From the NCBI GenBank assembly GCA_965208125.1, contig OZ242320.1, forward strand, positions 2,336,001 through 2,400,000: a stretch of 64,000 nucleotides of DNA. The letters are read 5' to 3'. Origin of the DNA: Candidatus Latescibacterota bacterium. GTDB taxonomy: Bacteria; Latescibacterota; UBA2968. The notes beneath the pieces were generated by a model. The model was not told the origin of the DNA and did not search any database. It saw only the letters and a program-made list of their open reading frames with translations. Below, piece by piece: positions 17,715 through 27,949 of the stretch (position 1 is its first letter; the number at the start of each line of letters is the position of its first letter). A program made the translations under genes and the position numbers.

Positions 17715-18959
17715 ATGAACTATAGCGATCAGGATATTGCGCGCCAACTGCGGCTGGGTGAGGACAGCCAATGGGAATTTAAGCAGATCGCGTTTTCCGG
17801 GACTCGACCAAGAAGTCCGAGCCGTGATGATCTGGCCGATGAGATCGCGGCTTTTGCCAACACTGATGGCGGAATACTATTATGTGGAGTAACCGATAAG
17901 GGCGACGTCCAGGGGCTGTCGCGCGAGCAGATGGATGAATTGGAGAGGCTTCTGGTAGATATCTGCACCGATGTGATCAAGCCTCTGATCCGTCCCATCA
18001 TCCTTCGACGCATCGTAGATGAACATCCGTTGTTGCTGGTCGAAATACCACAGGGCTATGCCCAGCACGATAGCCCCGGTGGCAGCTACCATCGAGTCGG
18101 CAGTTCGAAGCGCAGAATGACAAGCGATGAGCGACTGCGTCTGGCACAACGGCGTAGTCAGACAAGATTCCCCTGGTTTGATGAGAAAACAGTTCCGGAA
18201 ACAGGTTTCCGCACGCTGGACGAAGCACTGTGGAAGCCGATGTTGAGTGCTGAGGGTGCCGCCGATCCTCCGGTGGCACTGGAAAAGATGGGATTGCTGT
18301 CCAGAGGCGAGAATGGTGTCAGACGTGTCACTGTGGCCGGTGTGATGTTGTGCAATCCCGCCCCGGAGGAGTGGTTGCCAAATGCCTGTATCACCGCTAC
18401 TTGCTATCGAGGTAAAGACCGCACCACAGGTCATATTGACGCGCAGACCATCGGCGGCCCTCTGAAACGGCAAATTGCCGAAGCCGTGGCCTTCGCGGTC
18501 AGGAATATGTCTATCGCGGCACATAAGACGCCAGCGCGTGCGGAACTGCCCCGGTATAGTGAAGAAGCACTGTTCGAGGCTGTGGTCAACGCTGTGGCAC
18601 ATCGCGACTATTCAATACAAGGCAGTAGAATCCGTCTTTCCATGTTCGAGGATAGGATCGAGATCCAATCGCCGGGATCACTGCCGAACAACCTGACCGT
18701 GGATGATATGCCGCACCGGCAGGCGACGCGAAATAAACTGCTGACCTCATTGCTCAGGCGCGTTCCCGCTTCCGGTATCAGGGGTGCTGGTGGGCAGTTG
18801 TATCTCATGGAACGACGAGGAGATGGGATTCGCATCATGCTGCGCGAAACCCAGGAACTCAGCGGCAGGCTCCCCAAATTTCAACTGATCGCCGACTCCG
18901 AACTGCTTGTGACAATACCCGCAGCTTCGGCTGATTGGCGGTACAATTCGAAAATTTAA
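17715..18959 (+). CDS. AlbA_2 (Schlafen-like) domain plus HATPase_c_4 ATP-binding protein
   Basis: GEDSQWEFK, IAAFANTDGGILLCGVTD, EAVVNAVAHRDY, IEIQSPGSL, TRN, MERRGDG. Confidence 0.85.
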   Translation: MNYSDQDIARQLRLGEDSQWEFKQIAFSGTRPRSPSRDDLADEIAAFANTDGGILLCGVTDKGDVQGLSREQMDELERLLVDICTDVIKPLIRPIILRRIVDEHPLLLVEIPQGYAQHDSPGGSYHRVGSSKRRMTSDERLRLAQRRSQTRFPWFDEKTVPETGFRTLDEALWKPMLSAEGAADPPVALEKMGLLSRGENGVRRVTVAGVMLCNPAPEEWLPNACITATCYRGKDRTTGHIDAQTIGGPLKRQIAEAVAFAVRNMSIAAHKTPARAELPRYSEEALFEAVVNAVAHRDYSIQGSRIRLSMFEDRIEIQSPGSLPNNLTVDDMPHRQATRNKLLTSLLRRVPASGIRGAGGQLYLMERRGDGIRIMLRETQELSGRLPKFQLIADSELLVTIPAASADWRYNSKI

Positions 18960-18983
18960 AGTGTTCACGGGACATTTACATCC

Positions 18984-19262
18984 ATGATTCGCAGCTTTAG
19001 AGACCGAAATACCCAGCGTTTCTTCGAAGGATATCACGTCGCAGCGTTTCAAGGATTCGCCGACCAGGCTACGCGCCGTCTCGCTTATCTGGACAGCGCG
19101 GAGTCCCTTCAGGATTTGGCTAACTTGCGGAGTAACCGCCTGGAGGCTTTGCGGGGAAACCGATCCGGCTGGTACAGCATTCGGATCAATCAGCAATGGC
19201 GGATATGCTTCCGCTGGGAGGACAACGAGCCTGTTGATGTGGAGATCGTGGACTATCACTAA
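18984..19262 (+). CDS. higB: HigB (RelE/ParE-family) toxin
   Basis: MIRSFRD, NRLEALRGNRSGWYSIRINQQWRICF, VEIVDYH. Confidence 0.92.
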   Translation: MIRSFRDRNTQRFFEGYHVAAFQGFADQATRRLAYLDSAESLQDLANLRSNRLEALRGNRSGWYSIRINQQWRICFRWEDNEPVDVEIVDYH

Positions 19263-19276
19263 CAAGGAGTAAGAAT

Positions 19277-19582
19277 ATGGACGTAAAAAATGGTATGAGA
19301 CCTGTGCATCCCGGTGAGATATTGAGCGAGGAACTTGACACACTCGGTCTGTCGGCCAACGCGCTGGCTAAAGCACTGGATGTATCGCCAGGCTGCGTCA
19401 CTGAAATCCTCAATGGTCAGCAGAGTGTAACCGCCGACATTGCACTCAGGTTAGCACGCTATTTTGGGACGACACCGCAGGTCTGGTTGAACTTGCAGAA
19501 GACCTACGAGCTTCGTCAAGCTGAGATTGATGTGGGTGAGCGCATTGCTGAGCGCGTGAAACCCCGAGAAATGATGGTGTAA
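19277..19582 (+). CDS. higA: HigA antitoxin
   Basis: PVHPGEILSEE, ALRLARYFGTTPQVWLNLQ. Confidence 0.92.
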   Translation: MDVKNGMRPVHPGEILSEELDTLGLSANALAKALDVSPGCVTEILNGQQSVTADIALRLARYFGTTPQVWLNLQKTYELRQAEIDVGERIAERVKPREMMV

Positions 19583-19585
19583 AGG

Positions 19586-21148
19586 ATGACTAAGACGAGA
19601 GATGATAAGCCTACCAATTACGAAGCGGAATTGTGGCAGATGGCCGATGCACTGCGCGGGAGTATGGATGCAGCGGAGTACAAGCATGTTGTGCTGGGTC
19701 TGATTTTTCTGAAGTATATTTCCGATGCTTTTCAGGAGGCGCACGCGCAATTGGAGTTGGAGCGAGATGAGGGCGCTGATCCCGAGGATCCGGATGAGTA
19801 CCGCGCTCAGAATATTTTCTGGGTGCCGCCCGAGGCGCGCTGGGCGATTCTTCAGGCTGCTGCGAGACAGCCGACGATCGGACAAAAGGTGGATGATGCG
19901 ATGGTGGCTATTGAGCGCGATAACGAGGCGTTGAAGAATGTGCTGCCCAAGGATTACGCCCGAGAGGCATTGGATCAGACCCGTTTGGGCCAGGTTATTG
20001 ATTTGATCAGCAATATTGATATTGGCGATTCAGAGGCGCGTTCTCAGGATGTGTTGGGCCAGGTTTATGAGTATTTTTTGAGTCAGTTTGCTCTGGCAGA
20101 AGGGCGCAAGGGGGGCGAGTTTTATACGCCGCGTTGTGTGGTGAATTTGCTGGTGGAGATGTTGGAGCCGTATAACGGGCGGGTTTATGATCCGTGTTGC
20201 GGTTCTTCTGGTATGTTCGTGCAGTCTATCCAGTTTATTCAGGCGCACCAGAGCGGGAATGGCAATGGCGGCAATGCGCGGGCTGATATTTCTATTTACG
20301 GGCAGGAGTCTAATTATACGACGTGGCGTTTGGCGAGGATGAATCTGGCAATTCGGGGGATTGAAGGGCAGATCGCGCACGGGGATACGTTTCACAATGA
20401 CCGCTATCCCGATATGCGAGCGGATTATATTCTGGCTAATCCTCCGTTTAATGTGTCGGATTGGGGTGGCGACCGGTTGCGCGAGGATCAGCGCTGGCAG
20501 TATGGCGTACCGCCTGTGCGGAATGCCAATTTTGCCTGGGTGCAACATATTGTGCATCATCTTTCGCCGACTGGTACGGCGGGTTTTGTGCTGGCAAATG
20601 GGTCAATGTCGTCCAACCAATCCGGCGAGGGCGAGATACGCAAGAATTTGATAGAGGCGGATCTGGTAGATTGTATGGTGGCACTGCCGGGGCAGCTTTT
20701 CAGATCGACACAGATTCCCGCGTGTCTCTGGTTTCTGGCGCGTGACCGGCATAATGGAAGGTTCCGCGATCGCAGGGGGGAGGTCCTGTTTATTGATGCG
20801 CGCAAGCTGGGATATATGGTAGATCGCACGCAACGGGAACTTGCAGGGGAGGATATTGCCCGTATTTCGGATACTTACCACGCCTGGCGGTCTGGTGCGG
20901 ATTATGACGATGTCCCCGGTTTTTGCAAGGGTGCCGCGCTGGAAGAAGTTCGCCGACACAGCCATATTCTCACGCCCGGTCGCTATGTGGGTGCCGAGCC
21001 GCAAGAGGACGATGGCGAACCTTTTGAGGAGAAGATGAAGCGTCTGGTCGCCCAATGGCAAGAGCAACAGGCTGAGGCGAATAGGCTGGATGCTGCGATT
21101 GATGCGAATCTGAAGACGCTTGGATTTGGGGTGTCCAATGAGCTATAG
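19586..21148 (+). CDS. hsdM: Type I R-M methyltransferase subunit M
   Basis: [34 protein letters not shown] (m6A). Confidence 0.96.
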   Translation: MTKTRDDKPTNYEAELWQMADALRGSMDAAEYKHVVLGLIFLKYISDAFQEAHAQLELERDEGADPEDPDEYRAQNIFWVPPEARWAILQAAARQPTIGQKVDDAMVAIERDNEALKNVLPKDYAREALDQTRLGQVIDLISNIDIGDSEARSQDVLGQVYEYFLSQFALAEGRKGGEFYTPRCVVNLLVEMLEPYNGRVYDPCCGSSGMFVQSIQFIQAHQSGNGNGGNARADISIYGQESNYTTWRLARMNLAIRGIEGQIAHGDTFHNDRYPDMRADYILANPPFNVSDWGGDRLREDQRWQYGVPPVRNANFAWVQHIVHHLSPTGTAGFVLANGSMSSNQSGEGEIRKNLIEADLVDCMVALPGQLFRSTQIPACLWFLARDRHNGRFRDRRGEVLFIDARKLGYMVDRTQRELAGEDIARISDTYHAWRSGADYDDVPGFCKGAALEEVRRHSHILTPGRYVGAEPQEDDGEPFEEKMKRLVAQWQEQQAEANRLDAAIDANLKTLGFGVSNEL

Positions 21149-21166
21149 CAATCAGCGAGTAAGAAC

Positions 21167-21460
21167 ATGGACGTAAAGAACGGTATGAGACCTGTGCATC
21201 CTGGTGAGATATTGAGCGAGGAACTCGAAACACTCGGCCTGTCGGCTAATGCGCTGGCTAAAGCACTGGATGTGTCGCCCGACTGCGTCACTGCGATTCT
21301 CAATGGTCAGCAGAACGTAACCGCCGACATCGCACTCAGGTTAGCACGCTATTTCGGAACGACACCGCAGGTCTGGTTGAATCTGCAGAAGACCTACGAG
21401 GTGCGCCAAGCTGAGACCGATGTGGGCAAGCGCGTGAAACCCCGGCAAGTGATGGCGTAG
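21167..21460 (+). CDS. higA: Second HigA antitoxin copy
   Basis: Closely similar to 19277-19582 in DNA and protein; no toxin alongside it. Confidence 0.9.
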   Translation: MDVKNGMRPVHPGEILSEELETLGLSANALAKALDVSPDCVTAILNGQQNVTADIALRLARYFGTTPQVWLNLQKTYEVRQAETDVGKRVKPRQVMA

Positions 21461-21463
21461 AGG

Positions 21464-22801
21464 ATGACAAGGAAAGAGTTGGTTATGGTGAGTGATGGTT
21501 GGGTATCACTGCGTCTCGGTGACGTTTGTACAAAAATTGGAAGTGGGGCGACTCCGCGCGGTGGAAAAGAGGTCTATTTGGAGGAAGGGCCTTATGCGCT
21601 AATCAGAAGCCAAAACGTTTACAACAATGGATTCAGTTATGATGGCCTGGCGTTTATCAACCAGCAGCAGGCGAATGACCTGAAAAATGTTGAGGTCTTT
21701 GTTGATGATGTTTTGCTCAACATCACTGGGGATTCGGTGGCTCGGGTATGTCAGGTTACACCAGATGTACTCCCTGCTCGTGTGAATCAGCACGTCGCGA
21801 TCATCCGTCCGGACCCCAATAAGCTGTCGCCACGCTTTCTGCGCTATTTCCTTGTAACTTCCGAAATACAGGCAACGCTCTTGTCATGGGCAGGTTCTGG
21901 CGGAACAAGAAATGCTCTGACTAAGGGCATGATCGAATCGTTCGATGTACAAGCACCGATGGACATAGCTGAACAACGCGCCATCGCTCACATCCTCGGC
22001 GCGCTGGACGACAAGATCGAGTTAAACCGCCGCATGAACGAAACGCTGGAAGAGATGGCTCGCGCCCTGTTCAAATCGTGGTTCGTCGATTTTGATCCCG
22101 TCCGTGCTAAAATGGAAAGCCGCGATCCCGGTCTGCCAAAACACCTCGCCGACCTATTTCCTAACCGCCTCGTGGATTCAGAATTGGGACTGATACCGGA
22201 GGGGTGGGAGGTGAAGGCACTGAATTATTGTGCGGATCTCAACCCAGAGTCTTGGTCTCGGATCAGCTATCCAGAAAGTGTTGAGTACGTTGACCTTGCA
22301 AATACAAAGTGGGGTATCATCGAAGCTATTCAGTACTATTTTTGGAAGGATGCACCAAGCAGGGCAAAACGTGTTCTGCGGTCTGGGGACACTATTGTGG
22401 GGACAGTTCGCCCAGGGAATGGTTCCTACTCTTTCGTTGGACACGAAGGTCTTACAGGGAGTACTGGATTTGCAGTGCTTCGCCCAATTCACCCGAGGTA
22501 CAGAGAGTTAGTGTATCTATCCGCCACAAGCGCAGAAAATATAGAACACTTGGCTCACCGTGCGGATGGTGCTGCATATCCAGCGGTTCGACCAAACGTT
22601 GTTGGTGAAACCCGAGTTATAACGCCAAGTGTTGATACCGATATCTTGAATTTTTTTTCTATGACTGTTGCTCCGATTATCAACAGAATGGAATCGAACA
22701 AGATAGAATCTCGTACTCTCGCCGCTTTAAGGGATGCGCTGTTGCCGAAGCTCATCTCAGGTAATATGCGGGTGAATCTCCCCAAAAACTTATCGAGGTA
22801 G
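21464..22801 (+). CDS. hsdS: Type I R-M specificity subunit S
   Basis: KIGSGATPRGG, EQRAIAHILGALDDKIELN, IPEGWEV, LAALRDALLPKLISG; two TRDs. Confidence 0.95.
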   Translation: MTRKELVMVSDGWVSLRLGDVCTKIGSGATPRGGKEVYLEEGPYALIRSQNVYNNGFSYDGLAFINQQQANDLKNVEVFVDDVLLNITGDSVARVCQVTPDVLPARVNQHVAIIRPDPNKLSPRFLRYFLVTSEIQATLLSWAGSGGTRNALTKGMIESFDVQAPMDIAEQRAIAHILGALDDKIELNRRMNETLEEMARALFKSWFVDFDPVRAKMESRDPGLPKHLADLFPNRLVDSELGLIPEGWEVKALNYCADLNPESWSRISYPESVEYVDLANTKWGIIEAIQYYFWKDAPSRAKRVLRSGDTIVGTVRPGNGSYSFVGHEGLTGSTGFAVLRPIHPRYRELVYLSATSAENIEHLAHRADGAAYPAVRPNVVGETRVITPSVDTDILNFFSMTVAPIINRMESNKIESRTLAALRDALLPKLISGNMRVNLPKNLSR

Positions 22802-22805
22802 AAAT

Positions 22806-24587
22806 ATGACTCCGTCAGTATTCATTTCATATTCTTGGGACGATGATACTCACAAGGAGTGGGTCAGAAAGCTTGCTAAGCGGCTTCGCCAAGATGGTGT
22901 TGACGTTATTCTTGACAGGTGGGCAACAGCACCTGGAGATCAGCTATCTACCTTCATGGAGAAGGCTATTCGTGAAAACCAGTTCGTCCTCATTATCTGT
23001 ACACCTCGTTACAAGAGCCGATCAGATGAGCGTGAAGGCGGCGTAGGCTACGAGGGCGACATTATGACTGCAGAAGCGATGACTGAGCAGAACGACCGTA
23101 AGTTTATTCCGGTCTTACGAAGGGGCACATGGAATGAGGCTGCACCTTCTTGGCTACGCGGAAAAATTTATATTGATCTTTCCGCTGACCCCTACTCCGA
23201 GCAAAATTATAAAGACCTTGTTAGCACATTGCTGAGAAAACGAGAGACTCCACCACCCATTGGCAGGGAAAGAGTAACGATATCTGAATCAAATAAGTCT
23301 GATTCCAAACAACTTGATAAGATTAAGCAGCCCAAGATAGCTACTTTAGTTGTTTTCCTAATTTTTTGCATTGCTGTAGTAGGCTACATAGGCTTCGAAA
23401 AATTCTGGAAAAATGAATATGCACAAGATGCTGAGCACCTCGTTGAGGAGATTAAAAAGAACCCCGATGAATCCGCTGTGCATCTTGAGTTTACCATAAC
23501 CAGAACCGTGACCGCTAAAATTGTCGTCGATAACCTTAAAGAAGTAGAGCAGACAGTCGCGAACATCCGTGAAAATCCCAGGGCATTGCTGATAGAAAAG
23601 ACAATTACTCAGGCCGTTTCTCTCCAGCAGCAGGGTAAGAAAGACGAGGCAATCGAGAAATGGCGTGACGTTGTCAAAACAGAAGGGATCGATAATGCTC
23701 AAGCCGCGAGAGCGTGGTTCTCCGTCGGTTATTTGATCCAAGATGAAAACCCGGAAAAGGGTATCTCGGCCTATAACCAAGCAATCTCTCTGAACCCAGA
23801 CTACGCCGAAGCCTACAACAACCGGGGCGTTGCGAAGGACGAATTAGGGCAACATGATGAGGCTATCACTGACTATAATGACGCCATTCGGTTGAAATCA
23901 AACTACGCCGAAGCCTACAACAACCGGGGTGCCGCGAAGGCCGAATTGGGACAACATGATGGTGCTATTGCAGACTATGAAGAAGCGATTCGCCTGAAAC
24001 CGGACTACGCTGAAGCATACTACAATAGGGGGAATCAGAAGGCCGAATTGGGGCAACGTGATGATGCTATTGCTGACTATAATGAGGCAATTCGTTTGAA
24101 ACGAGACTACGCCAACGCATACTACAACCGTGGTAATGCGAAGTTTTTATTGGATCGTCACGAAGAGGCTATCGCTGACTATGACGAAGCGATCCGTCTG
24201 AAACGAGACTACGCCGAAGCCTACAACAACCGGGGTGCCGCGAAGTTTTTATTGGATCGTCACGAAGAGGCTATCGCTGACTATAATGACGCCATTCGTG
24301 TGAAGCCCAACTCTGCCGACGCATACTACAACCGGGGGAAAACGAAGGCCGCACTGGGGCAATATGACGAGGCTATCGCTGATTATGACGAAGCGATCCG
24401 TTTGAAACGAGACTACGCCGAAGCCTACAACAACCGGGGTGTTGAGAAGGTCGAGTTGGGTCTAATAGACGAAGCGCGACAGGATTTCGAGAAGGCACGA
24501 GATTTAGCTCGAGATGCCGGTAATGACCGCCTCGCAGACTTGGCTGAGCAACTTTTGCGAGCTTTCGATAGCCAAAAAGATGAATGA
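22806..24587 (+). CDS. TIR/SEFIR domain - TM helix - TPR repeat protein
   Basis: VFISYSWD...GVDVILDRW...GGVGYE TIR_2/SEFIR; hydrophobic IATLVVFLIFCIAVVGYIGF; about eight 34-aa AYxNRG...AIADYDEAIRL TPRs. Confidence 0.9.
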   Translation: MTPSVFISYSWDDDTHKEWVRKLAKRLRQDGVDVILDRWATAPGDQLSTFMEKAIRENQFVLIICTPRYKSRSDEREGGVGYEGDIMTAEAMTEQNDRKFIPVLRRGTWNEAAPSWLRGKIYIDLSADPYSEQNYKDLVSTLLRKRETPPPIGRERVTISESNKSDSKQLDKIKQPKIATLVVFLIFCIAVVGYIGFEKFWKNEYAQDAEHLVEEIKKNPDESAVHLEFTITRTVTAKIVVDNLKEVEQTVANIRENPRALLIEKTITQAVSLQQQGKKDEAIEKWRDVVKTEGIDNAQAARAWFSVGYLIQDENPEKGISAYNQAISLNPDYAEAYNNRGVAKDELGQHDEAITDYNDAIRLKSNYAEAYNNRGAAKAELGQHDGAIADYEEAIRLKPDYAEAYYNRGNQKAELGQRDDAIADYNEAIRLKRDYANAYYNRGNAKFLLDRHEEAIADYDEAIRLKRDYAEAYNNRGAAKFLLDRHEEAIADYNDAIRVKPNSADAYYNRGKTKAALGQYDEAIADYDEAIRLKRDYAEAYNNRGVEKVELGLIDEARQDFEKARDLARDAGNDRLADLAEQLLRAFDSQKDE

Positions 24588-24627
24588 ATCCCTGGATTGA
24601 CTGAAGCCGATAAGGTGGATTGATGTT

Positions 24628-25020
24628 ATGAACGCCGACAATCTCTGCGCTACTATTGGCAAAACGCTACCGTCGTATTTCGAATGTTCACTGGCTCCAC
24701 AAGAAGGAGTGCGGGTGCGAACACCGCTAATGTATCCCGATGGCAGCATAGTGGATGTGTTCGTTTTGGAGCGCGGCAACGGCTATATTGTCACAGATTT
24801 CGGCGATGCTATGGGTTGGCTTCGTATGCAATCGGTAAATACTCAGCCGTCGCCACAACAAAATTTGGTGATCAAAGAGATATGCCAAACTCTCGGTATA
24901 GACTTGCATAGTGGCCAGTTAGTGCTCAGGCCTGATGTAAATGATACGCTGGAGGAAACAGTGCTTCGCGTAGCGCAGGCGGTCGTGCGCGTATCTGATG
25001 TTGTTCACAGCAAGGTCTGA
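24628..25020 (+). CDS. DUF1828 domain protein (short form)
   Basis: VRTPLMYPDGSIVDVFV...IVTDFG pattern. Confidence 0.75.
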   Translation: MNADNLCATIGKTLPSYFECSLAPQEGVRVRTPLMYPDGSIVDVFVLERGNGYIVTDFGDAMGWLRMQSVNTQPSPQQNLVIKEICQTLGIDLHSGQLVLRPDVNDTLEETVLRVAQAVVRVSDVVHSKV

Positions 25021-25151
25021 CAAGCCGCGAACCCGCACAGAAAATCCTAATGACCACTCTCACTGAATTTGACAAGTTTGCGCTTAACATTTCCTGTACC
25101 TGCACCTAATTATTAGGAACGAACCTGCGAATTAGAGAGGTTAAGATAAAC

Positions 25152-27035
25152 ATGGCAGATAATAGCGAGAAGATTTGTTTTGTAATTGCGCCCATCGGCG
25201 AACCGGGGTCTGATACCCGCACACGATCCGACCAGGTTTTAAAACATATTATTCGTCCGGCAGTAGGGTCTTGTGGCTACAAAGCTGTTCGTGCCGACGA
25301 AATCGCCGAGCCAGGTATAATTACTAATCAGATAATTCGACATGTTGTAGATGATCCTTTAGTCATAGCCGATTTAACAGGACAGAACCCCAACGTTTTT
25401 TATGAATTAGCCATTCGGCATGCCGTCCGTAAGCCGCTCGTCCAGATCATTGACAAAGTCGAGGCTATTCCTTTTGATGTCAGGTCAATGAGAACAATAG
25501 GGGTTGATCACCGAGACCTCGATAGCGTTGAAGAAGCCAAAGCCGAAATTAAAAAACAAATTCAATTCTTTGAAAAAAGTTCATCAAATTTGGAGACTCC
25601 TATTTCGGTAGCACTCGAGGGTAAATCTATTGATAAGATTAATCGGCGTATGAACGCCGAAACAGTTGCCGATAAACCTGAAGAAGTGGGGAAGATCGTT
25701 ACCAACGAGGGTGAAAAATACACAGTATCGCCGATAGATAAAGCAATTTCCCAGGCCGTTTTTCTCGATCAGCAAGGGAAGAGAGACCAAGCAATCGAGA
25801 AATGGCGTGCTGTTGCCCTGGTCGCGGAAGAAAGCGACGGTGACCTCGCTGCCAAAGCCTGGTATTCTGTTAGCTATCTGTCTTGGGATGAAAATACGGA
25901 AGATAGCTTATTGGCCAGCGACGAAGTGATCCGTTTGGAGCCAGACTTCGCCGAGGCATATAACATCCGGGGAAATGCGAAGGCCGTACTAAACCGGAAC
26001 GAAGATGCCATTGCTGACTATGATGAAGCGATCCGTTTGAAATCAGACTACGCCAATGCATACTATAACCGGGGGACTGCGAAGGACGACTTAGGCCATC
26101 ATGAGGATGCCATTGCCGATTTTGACGAAGCGATCCGTTTGAAACCAGACTTCTTCCTGGCATACAACAACAGAGGGAATGCGAAGGCCGTACTGAATCG
26201 GAACAAAGATGCCATCTTTGACTATGATGAAACGATCCGCCTGAAACCAAACTTCGCCGAGGCATACGCCAATCGGGGGAATATTAAAGCCGACCAGGAT
26301 CGTTACGAAGATGCCATCGCTGACTATGACAAGGCAATTGGTCTGAAGCCAAACTTGTCTGGATTTTACAATAGCCGAGGTATTGCGAAGGCTGAATGGG
26401 GTCATTATGATGATGCCATCGCTGATTGTGATGAGGCGATCCAGTTGCAACCAGACGATGCCGAAGCATATTACAACCGGGGGAATGTGAAGGCCGACCA
26501 GGGACGTTACGCCGAGGCCACTGCTGACTATGATAAAGCGATTAGCTTGAAACCAGACTACGCTGACGCTTACTGTAATCGAGGGGATGCGAAGGCGGAA
26601 CAGAATCGCTACGAAGATGCCATCGCTGACTATGATGAGGCGATTCGATTGCAACCGGATGATGCGGACGCTTACTGCAATCGGGGGGATACAAAGGCCG
26701 ATCTGGGTTGTTACGAAGACGCCATCACTGACTATGATGAGGCGATCCGTTTGGAACCAGACGATGCGGACGCTTACTGCAATCGGGGTACTGCGAAGGA
26801 CAGATTAAGCCAGCATGAGGACGCTATAGCTGATTATGATGAGGCGATTCGGTTGAAACCAGATTTTGCTGAAGCATATTACAACCGGGGGAATGCGAAG
26901 GCGAAATTGGGACGAAATGACGGGACACGGAAGGACTTAGAGACTGCGCTTGAACTGGCGCAGAATGCCAACGATACGGACTTAATGGACGAGGTGAAGC
27001 AATTACTTCGTGATCTCGACGCCGATGACACATGA
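25152..27035 (+). CDS. Nucleoside 2-deoxyribosyltransferase-like domain plus TPR repeat protein
   Basis: CFVIAPIG...RADE...VIADLTGQNPNVFYELAIRHA...IPFDV; about ten TPRs. Confidence 0.88.
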   Translation: MADNSEKICFVIAPIGEPGSDTRTRSDQVLKHIIRPAVGSCGYKAVRADEIAEPGIITNQIIRHVVDDPLVIADLTGQNPNVFYELAIRHAVRKPLVQIIDKVEAIPFDVRSMRTIGVDHRDLDSVEEAKAEIKKQIQFFEKSSSNLETPISVALEGKSIDKINRRMNAETVADKPEEVGKIVTNEGEKYTVSPIDKAISQAVFLDQQGKRDQAIEKWRAVALVAEESDGDLAAKAWYSVSYLSWDENTEDSLLASDEVIRLEPDFAEAYNIRGNAKAVLNRNEDAIADYDEAIRLKSDYANAYYNRGTAKDDLGHHEDAIADFDEAIRLKPDFFLAYNNRGNAKAVLNRNKDAIFDYDETIRLKPNFAEAYANRGNIKADQDRYEDAIADYDKAIGLKPNLSGFYNSRGIAKAEWGHYDDAIADCDEAIQLQPDDAEAYYNRGNVKADQGRYAEATADYDKAISLKPDYADAYCNRGDAKAEQNRYEDAIADYDEAIRLQPDDADAYCNRGDTKADLGCYEDAITDYDEAIRLEPDDADAYCNRGTAKDRLSQHEDAIADYDEAIRLKPDFAEAYYNRGNAKAKLGRNDGTRKDLETALELAQNANDTDLMDEVKQLLRDLDADDT

Positions 27036-27052
27036 TTCCCTGGGAAATCACG

Positions 27053-27949
27053 TCATGCATCTAACACGCGCTGGAATGCTTCGAGATTGGGCACCTGTAT
27101 CGCCGCGCGGTGCAACTGCTTGAGGTGTTGCAAATCTTCGATGGCGGCAATGCGAGCAGTTAGGGGGTGTGTTTCGGGCATATCAAATCGGATCTCCAAT
27201 ACATCGAGAAGATCTTCAATGGCGCGTTGCCTGCCTCCTTGCTCAAAACTTTCCTCTCTGCTTTGTTGGGTAAGGGATTGAAAAAGAGATGATTCGCGGA
27301 TGAGATCCATGATGCCCTCCTTGAAAATGATAGCAGAAATCGTTTCAGAATCATATACCAACTCGCTCAAGGCCACCATCCCAGCCAGATAATCGGCTTT
27401 GGGCGACCGAGCTATGGGGTGCGTCCGAGCCGTGTGAATACACTGATGCAACCACGCATCCGAGGCCATCCCTTCAGGTGGCTTCATCAATGGCGTGAAA
27501 GGTATCAGACCCGAATGCCCCGTATCCAAGATGCGTTGGCCTTCTATTTCGATCAGTCTGATCACGCGATACTGAATCGCGATTTGGTAGCCGGGAAGTT
27601 CCTGGACGTAATATCCCAGATCGTTCTGTCCCGCATTGGGACGCAGGTAAATGACATTGGAATAGATCGGCAGACCATGATGCTCAATGGCGTGTCCGAT
27701 ATAGCCAGCCATGCGACGCTCCATAGGCGGATTGGTGCTGTCGGTGGTTTGAAACTCGTTGTGGACTAATGCTTCCTCACCATCAATACGCACGCGAATG
27801 AAGCTGTCGCTACGGCGTGCTCTGACCGTGGGTTGCTCTGTTTCGATGACTTCAATGACCTCGACGTCGTCGCGCGCGAGGGCGAAGCGGGTGAAGTGGT
27901 CGGGATAGTGTTGAATGAGGTATTTGGATATGGTGTCAATGTCTGCCAT
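27053..27949 (-). CDS. Rpn-family recombination-promoting nuclease / putative transposase (PD-(D/E)XK)
   Basis: RRSDSF...HNEFQT...RMAGY...VIYL; C-terminal LEIRF...IEDLQHLKQLHRAA. Confidence 0.75.
   Translation of the reverse strand: MADIDTISKYLIQHYPDHFTRFALARDDVEVIEVIETEQPTVRARRSDSFIRVRIDGEEALVHNEFQTTDSTNPPMERRMAGYIGHAIEHHGLPIYSNVIYLRPNAGQNDLGYYVQELPGYQIAIQYRVIRLIEIEGQRILDTGHSGLIPFTPLMKPPEGMASDAWLHQCIHTARTHPIARSPKADYLAGMVALSELVYDSETISAIIFKEGIMDLIRESSLFQSLTQQSREESFEQGGRQRAIEDLLDVLEIRFDMPETHPLTARIAAIEDLQHLKQLHRAAIQVPNLEAFQRVLDA

Noticed and set aside
23800-26900. 102-bp periodic repeats as a possible CRISPR array or DGR
   Set aside because: They are in-frame 34-aa TPR units; there are no spacers, cas genes, reverse transcriptase or adenine-specific variation.
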